Virus record (IMG/VR): IMGVR_UViG_3300036824_000014
Coordinates: 1 to 28,675 of that record
Length of the DNA: 28,675 nucleotides
Strand: one strand, 5' to 3'
DNA from: a virus
Lineage: Duplodnaviria; Caudoviricetes
Below are positions 24,834 to 28,675 of this stretch, piece after piece (position 1 is the stretch's first letter; each line of letters begins with the position of its first letter). The translations under genes were made by a program, and so were the position numbers. The notes under the pieces are model-generated. The model was not told the origin of the DNA, did not search any database, and was given only the letters and a program-made list of their open reading frames with translations.

Positions 24834-26018
24834 ATGACGGTAAATACAACCACCAACAAAATCGTTTATGCCGCTAATGGGTCCACTACCCAATGGACCT
24901 TTCCATTCCCTGGCGTGTCTGCGACGGATATTCAAGTTTTTATCACTGACGTTAATGGCTTCATAACTCAACTTAATCCAATCGCTTATACCGTCACTCT
25001 TAACCCGCCAGTGGATCCAAATCCAACAAGCGTTGGTGGGATGGTGGTTTATCCTCTAGTTGGCTCGCCATTGGCTACCGGAAATTCTCTGACTATTATT
25101 AGGGTCTTGCCACAAGTCCAAACAACTGCTTTGTCTAATCAAGGGATTCTTTATCCGGAAGTTATCGAAGGAGCCCTCGATTATAGTGTTATGCTAGATC
25201 AAGGCTTTGGTGAACTTCTTGGGCGTAGCATTGTGGTACCTGTAAGCGATCCTAATCCAGCGCCATTGCCGCCAGCAGCACAAAGGGCAAATCAAGCAGC
25301 CTTCTTTGATAGTAGTGGCAACTTAACTTCTGGGCTAGCGCCAGGAGGAACTGCCTTCGTTTCAGCAGCTATGCAGCCGGTAGTTGCTGCTGCGACTATT
25401 TCTATAGCTCAAAATCTTCTTGGTACTCAAGCGCTTATAAATGCAGCTGTATCTGCGGCCGTATTGTCATTGTTTACCACTGGAGATCTTAAGCCCACCC
25501 ATAAGACTGTACCTGATGCTGGTTGGATTTTGTTGAATGACGGTGCAATAGGCGACGCATTATCTGGGGCTGGTAACAGAGCTAATGCTGATACAGCGGC
25601 TCTGTTCGCATTGTATTATAACAACTATTCTGATACCCTTTGTCCGCTTGCCACTAGTGCAGGCGCCCCTACAACTAGAGCAGCTCAAGGCACAAGTAGT
25701 GCAGCATTTGCTGCACATTGCCGAATGGGATTGCCTCTAGCGCTAGGCCGTGCTCTCGCAGTAGCAGGTCTAGGCAGTGGACTGACGAATCGTGTATTGG
25801 GATCGACAATAGGCACAGAAACGATAACACCATCAATAGCAACGATGGTAAATCACGCTCATAACTACAATGACTGCACTCAAGGACCTGGACCGCAGGT
25901 CTTACTGGGCGGCACAACACCGCTTGGCGCTTCAGTTCCCACTAGTCCTACAGGCGGCAACACGCCATTCAACAATATGCAACCAGCAACCTTCGTAAAC
26001 GTTCTGGTGAAACTATGA
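24834..26018 (+). CDS. tail fibre protein (podovirus adaptor-binding N-terminus, collar-like domain)
   Basis: MTVNTT...YAANGSTTQWTFPF (T7 gp17-like N-terminus); TTGDLK...GWILLN...LF collar pattern; PFNNMQP...LVKL end. Confidence 0.85.
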   Translation: MTVNTTTNKIVYAANGSTTQWTFPFPGVSATDIQVFITDVNGFITQLNPIAYTVTLNPPVDPNPTSVGGMVVYPLVGSPLATGNSLTIIRVLPQVQTTALSNQGILYPEVIEGALDYSVMLDQGFGELLGRSIVVPVSDPNPAPLPPAAQRANQAAFFDSSGNLTSGLAPGGTAFVSAAMQPVVAAATISIAQNLLGTQALINAAVSAAVLSLFTTGDLKPTHKTVPDAGWILLNDGAIGDALSGAGNRANADTAALFALYYNNYSDTLCPLATSAGAPTTRAAQGTSSAAFAAHCRMGLPLALGRALAVAGLGSGLTNRVLGSTIGTETITPSIATMVNHAHNYNDCTQGPGPQVLLGGTTPLGASVPTSPTGGNTPFNNMQPATFVNVLVKL

Positions 26019-26362
26019 GCATGGTTCAACAAACTCCAGATGGTCATTTAATAGTGCGTTCAGGAAGTCAGGTCTATTTGGATACTTATGCCAATGCTGC
26101 TTTGGATTATGGTGTAGCTACACCGGCTTTGCCGTCTGGATGTATAGATCGTGTATATGAGCCTGGAGTACGCCACTGTTGCACAGATGGCTTTACTGTG
26201 CTTTATGGCGGTCCAGTTCCATGGACTGTTGGGGATAGCTACATCGCTAACATAGCAGCGGCGCTTGCAGCTCAAGCGGCAAGACCACCATCAGCAAGGG
26301 AGACTCAAAATGCCCAGCTCGTCACCAAAGCAAGCTCGGACAATGGCAGCAGCGGCCCATGA
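26015..26362 (+). CDS. hypothetical protein, possible fibre chaperone
   Basis: ATGA overlap with the tail fibre stop; positional inference only. Confidence 0.55.
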   Translation: MSMVQQTPDGHLIVRSGSQVYLDTYANAALDYGVATPALPSGCIDRVYEPGVRHCCTDGFTVLYGGPVPWTVGDSYIANIAAALAAQAARPPSARETQNAQLVTKASSDNGSSGP

Positions 26363-26474
26363 TCCTAAGTTCGCTAAGAAAGTAGGTATACCAACAGGCG
26401 TAGCTAAGGAGTTCAATCAAGCTGACGCTAAGACTGGTATTCTAAAGAAGAAGAGGAAGAAGCAGAATGGCTAA
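26310..26474 (+). CDS. small basic phage protein
   Basis: GGGAG SD; MPSSSPKQARTMAAAAHDPKFAKKVGIPTGVAKEFNQAD motif recalled from other phages. Confidence 0.75.
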   Translation: MPSSSPKQARTMAAAAHDPKFAKKVGIPTGVAKEFNQADAKTGILKKKRKKQNG

Positions 26475-26799
26475 TCCGTTAGGCCCGAGTGAGAGTTTGT
26501 TGAGTGACGACATCGACAAGCTTGTACCGCCCAACATAATGCGGCTAACGCAGCACCTACATAACTTAATCTACATTCGGTACTTCTATGAAAACATAGG
26601 CCAACAACCACCACAATGGATTAAGGGCGAGATGACACGAGCGGAGACCTCCTTGCTTGGTCAACTCGATCGAGAGCAAGGTCAAGGAGGGGTTTTTAGA
26701 AAGGAAAGTGAAATATGCGACAAGGACGAGCAGACAAAGATGGAAGAGCCTCCTGGAAGGTCGAGCCCAAGTCTAAGGCGGGTAATCCGGAGGGTATAG
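26467..26799 (+). CDS. hypothetical protein
   Basis: GAGG upstream; 110 aa ORF overlapping both neighbours. Confidence 0.55.
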   Translation: MANPLGPSESLLSDDIDKLVPPNIMRLTQHLHNLIYIRYFYENIGQQPPQWIKGEMTRAETSLLGQLDREQGQGGVFRKESEICDKDEQTKMEEPPGRSSPSLRRVIRRV

Positions 26800-26945
26800 C
26801 GCAAATGGGACTAGCCCTTGCCTTCAAGCACCGCCCCGTACTTGAGGGTCGAGGGTACGCCCCGCCTGGGCCTATGAACTCGGTACTGGGCCCAGGTGGG
26901 GGACGTACTATCCATCCGAGTGGAAGTCAAGGCAAACATAAATAG
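26715..26945 (+). CDS. small basic Gly/Pro-rich protein
   Basis: AAGGA SD; ends GGGRTIHPSGSQGKHK. Confidence 0.7.
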   Translation: MRQGRADKDGRASWKVEPKSKAGNPEGIAQMGLALAFKHRPVLEGRGYAPPGPMNSVLGPGGGRTIHPSGSQGKHK

Positions 26946-26956
26946 AGGAGAATATC

Positions 26957-27160
26957 ATGCCAGAAGATCGTGTAGCTCCACCAGAGATTGATGCAGCGTT
27001 AGTTAGTGCGCTACTTGATATCCTTCAAAAGACTGCTGGAATACCAAGCGCTAAGGCCATCAACGAGGTCGCAGGTCTGCATCTTGCGCAGATTGGTGCT
27101 GATCTTGAGGCGGCCTTACGTCCACCCCCAGAACCTACTGATGAAGAGGAGGCTGCTTAA
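26957..27160 (+). CDS. small acidic helical protein
   Basis: GAGGAG SD; TAATG coupling to the next gene. Confidence 0.7.
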   Translation: MPEDRVAPPEIDAALVSALLDILQKTAGIPSAKAINEVAGLHLAQIGADLEAALRPPPEPTDEEEAA

Positions 27161-27417
27161 TGGCTAGAGATATTCTATCTGAATATGGCCCAGACTCAAG
27201 GCAACCGCAAGCAGCTAGAGCAACGACTGGCGGTATGAAGTCCGCTCGTGACGTGATGAACTATGCGCCGCCTAAGGGGCCGAGCAATATCAACGACCCT
27301 AAAGGTCCTGGCTTGCATGGTCATAGTCATGGCTATGCTCAATGTCCAGTGGCTCAGCGTGGCAGTGGTAGTCCTGGCATTGGCGGCACTGTTCATCGAT
27401 CTGGGTCACAGAAATGA
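27160..27417 (+). CDS. small Gly-rich protein
   Basis: GGAGG SD; ends GIGGTVHRSGSQK. Confidence 0.7.
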   Translation: MARDILSEYGPDSRQPQAARATTGGMKSARDVMNYAPPKGPSNINDPKGPGLHGHSHGYAQCPVAQRGSGSPGIGGTVHRSGSQK

Positions 27418-27423
27418 GCACAA

Positions 27424-27543
27424 ATGACCTGCACATGTCATCCTAGCGAAGCCCCTTGGTCATGTGCTAGGCAATACGCCTTTAGCGAATGTAGGCGTGT
27501 CCCTCTATGGCGTCGCATCTGGTTGTTGATCTATGCCAAGTGA
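27424..27543 (+). CDS. 39-aa Cys-rich peptide
   Basis: MTCTCHPSEAPWSCARQYAFSECRRVPLWRRIWLLIYAK; fills the gap before tubular A; weak SD. Confidence 0.45.
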   Translation: MTCTCHPSEAPWSCARQYAFSECRRVPLWRRIWLLIYAK

Positions 27544-28345
27544 AGTTGACATCGCTAATCGGGCACTATCGGCGATAGGCACACGATCGTCGATAGCCTC
27601 GCTCGATGAGGGCTCCAACGAGAGTATTCAGGTAAAGCTCTTGTTGGAGCCTCTTCGAGATGAAATCCTACGGATGGCGCCGTGGAACTGTGCAAGGAAC
27701 TTCGGTAACTTAGCGCTGATCTGTGCAGCTCCTGGGACGCCAGAAAATCCCACGGCAGCGCCGCTTGTGTGGGACAAAGGTATTCCTCCTCCACCATGGG
27801 CGTTTGAGTATGCATATCCCTCAGATTGTCTTAGGCCTCTGTATATTGTTCCTCAGTTCTCTACAGGATTTACCAGTGGAGTGCCAATTACCACTGCTAT
27901 TACTGGTGGGGCCCCTTCTTGGTGGAATGGTCCACCTGTTAGATTTCAAGTTTCCATTGATCAAATTGATCCAACTACCGGCAAGCCAAGTAAAACAGGT
28001 CAAGATCAACGTGTTATTCTTACAAGCCAAGAGCAAGCGATCCTTGTCTATATTAAGCGAGTCACGAATCCAGATGTGTGGGACGATCAATTTCAACAAG
28101 CACTGGTTTCTGCATTGGGCGCAAGGTTGGTAGTTGCCCTTACAGGCGATAAAGGCTTAGCGCAGCTACAAGTCCAGCAGGCTAATGAGTTCATCCGTCT
28201 AGCTCGAGTTACAGACGGCAACGAGGGCCTAACGATAAATGATGTTACGCCTGATTGGATCAGAACTCGTGGCATCAGCTATCAGGCTTGGGAGTTCACT
28301 CCATCGATCTTGTTTGATTGGGGACCTATGTTAAGCATGTATTGA
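27533..28345 (+). CDS. tail tubular protein A / head-tail adaptor (T7 gp11-like)
   Basis: SEVDIANRAL.AIG...I.SLDE.S.E, PWNCA, W.FEY.YPSDCLR, F..AL...L..L. Confidence 0.85.
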   Translation: MPSEVDIANRALSAIGTRSSIASLDEGSNESIQVKLLLEPLRDEILRMAPWNCARNFGNLALICAAPGTPENPTAAPLVWDKGIPPPPWAFEYAYPSDCLRPLYIVPQFSTGFTSGVPITTAITGGAPSWWNGPPVRFQVSIDQIDPTTGKPSKTGQDQRVILTSQEQAILVYIKRVTNPDVWDDQFQQALVSALGARLVVALTGDKGLAQLQVQQANEFIRLARVTDGNEGLTINDVTPDWIRTRGISYQAWEFTPSILFDWGPMLSMY

Positions 28346-28346
28346 A

Positions 28347-28675
28347 ATGTCTGAAAATGTCATCCAAACCTCATTCTCTGGTGGAGAACTTTCCCCTAGC
28401 CTTTTTGCTAGAGTGGACTTTGCTAAGTATCACTCTGGTGCTGCTAGAATGCGGAATATATTTGTCGATTATAGGTCAGGGGCAAGCACTAGGCCAGGAA
28501 CTGAGTTTATTAGGCCAACTAAGCAGAATGCAGGATCAGTTAGATTAGTTAGGTTTCAGCAGTCAGTTGATGTTACTTATGTGTTGGAGTTTGGAGATAA
28601 GTATCTTAGGTTTATCTCTGATGGTGATTCTATTGTAGAGGCGCCATTTAACATAACTGCTATTCATCAAGGCGC
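28347..28675 (+). CDS. tail tubular protein B / nozzle (T7 gp12-like), partial
   Basis: MSENVIQTSFSGGELSPSLFARVDFAKY...RPGTEF...YVLEFGDKYLRF; open to the window end. Confidence 0.85.
   Translation, partial: MSENVIQTSFSGGELSPSLFARVDFAKYHSGAARMRNIFVDYRSGASTRPGTEFIRPTKQNAGSVRLVRFQQSVDVTYVLEFGDKYLRFISDGDSIVEAPFNITAIHQG

Noticed and set aside
24834-26362. Diversity-generating retroelement as in BPP-1
   Set aside because: No reverse transcriptase motif and no template/variable repeat pair seen in this window
8363-28275. Numerous minus-strand ORFs within the late operon
   Set aside because: Antisense shadows of well-supported structural genes with no SD or recognisable motifs
1-28675. tRNA genes, integrase, phage RNA/DNA polymerase, alternative genetic code
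   Set aside because: No cloverleaf or catalytic motifs recognised; core genes are intact in code 11 and all three stop codons end genes

Overview
This window is part of a tailed dsDNA phage genome with a short-tailed (podovirus) head-tail gene set resembling the Bordetella BPP-1/T7-type layout. The host is probably an alphaproteobacterium, inferred from GTTC-N7-GTTC LexA-type boxes. Bases 1-7.3 kb hold three blocks of small early/accessory ORFs (leftward, rightward, leftward), including Zn-finger, SWIM, winged-helix, coiled-coil and membrane peptides, with near-consensus sigma70 promoters and hairpin terminators. A non-coding control/terminus-like region lies at about 7.3-8.05 kb. A long rightward morphogenesis operon follows: HTH TerS candidate, lytic transglycosylase, TerL, an ART-like cargo gene, portal, scaffold, major capsid, cement, fibre/spike genes, tail fibre, tail tubular A and the start of tail tubular B. 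The most unusual feature is a block of six genes (18.5-24.8 kb) between the capsid cement gene and the tail fibre. All six carry predicted Sec-type signal peptides, and five encode fibre/spike-like proteins with even Cys counts, suggesting virion appendages that are exported, disulfide-folded in the periplasm and attached late. All family assignments come from motif recognition by eye, not database searches.
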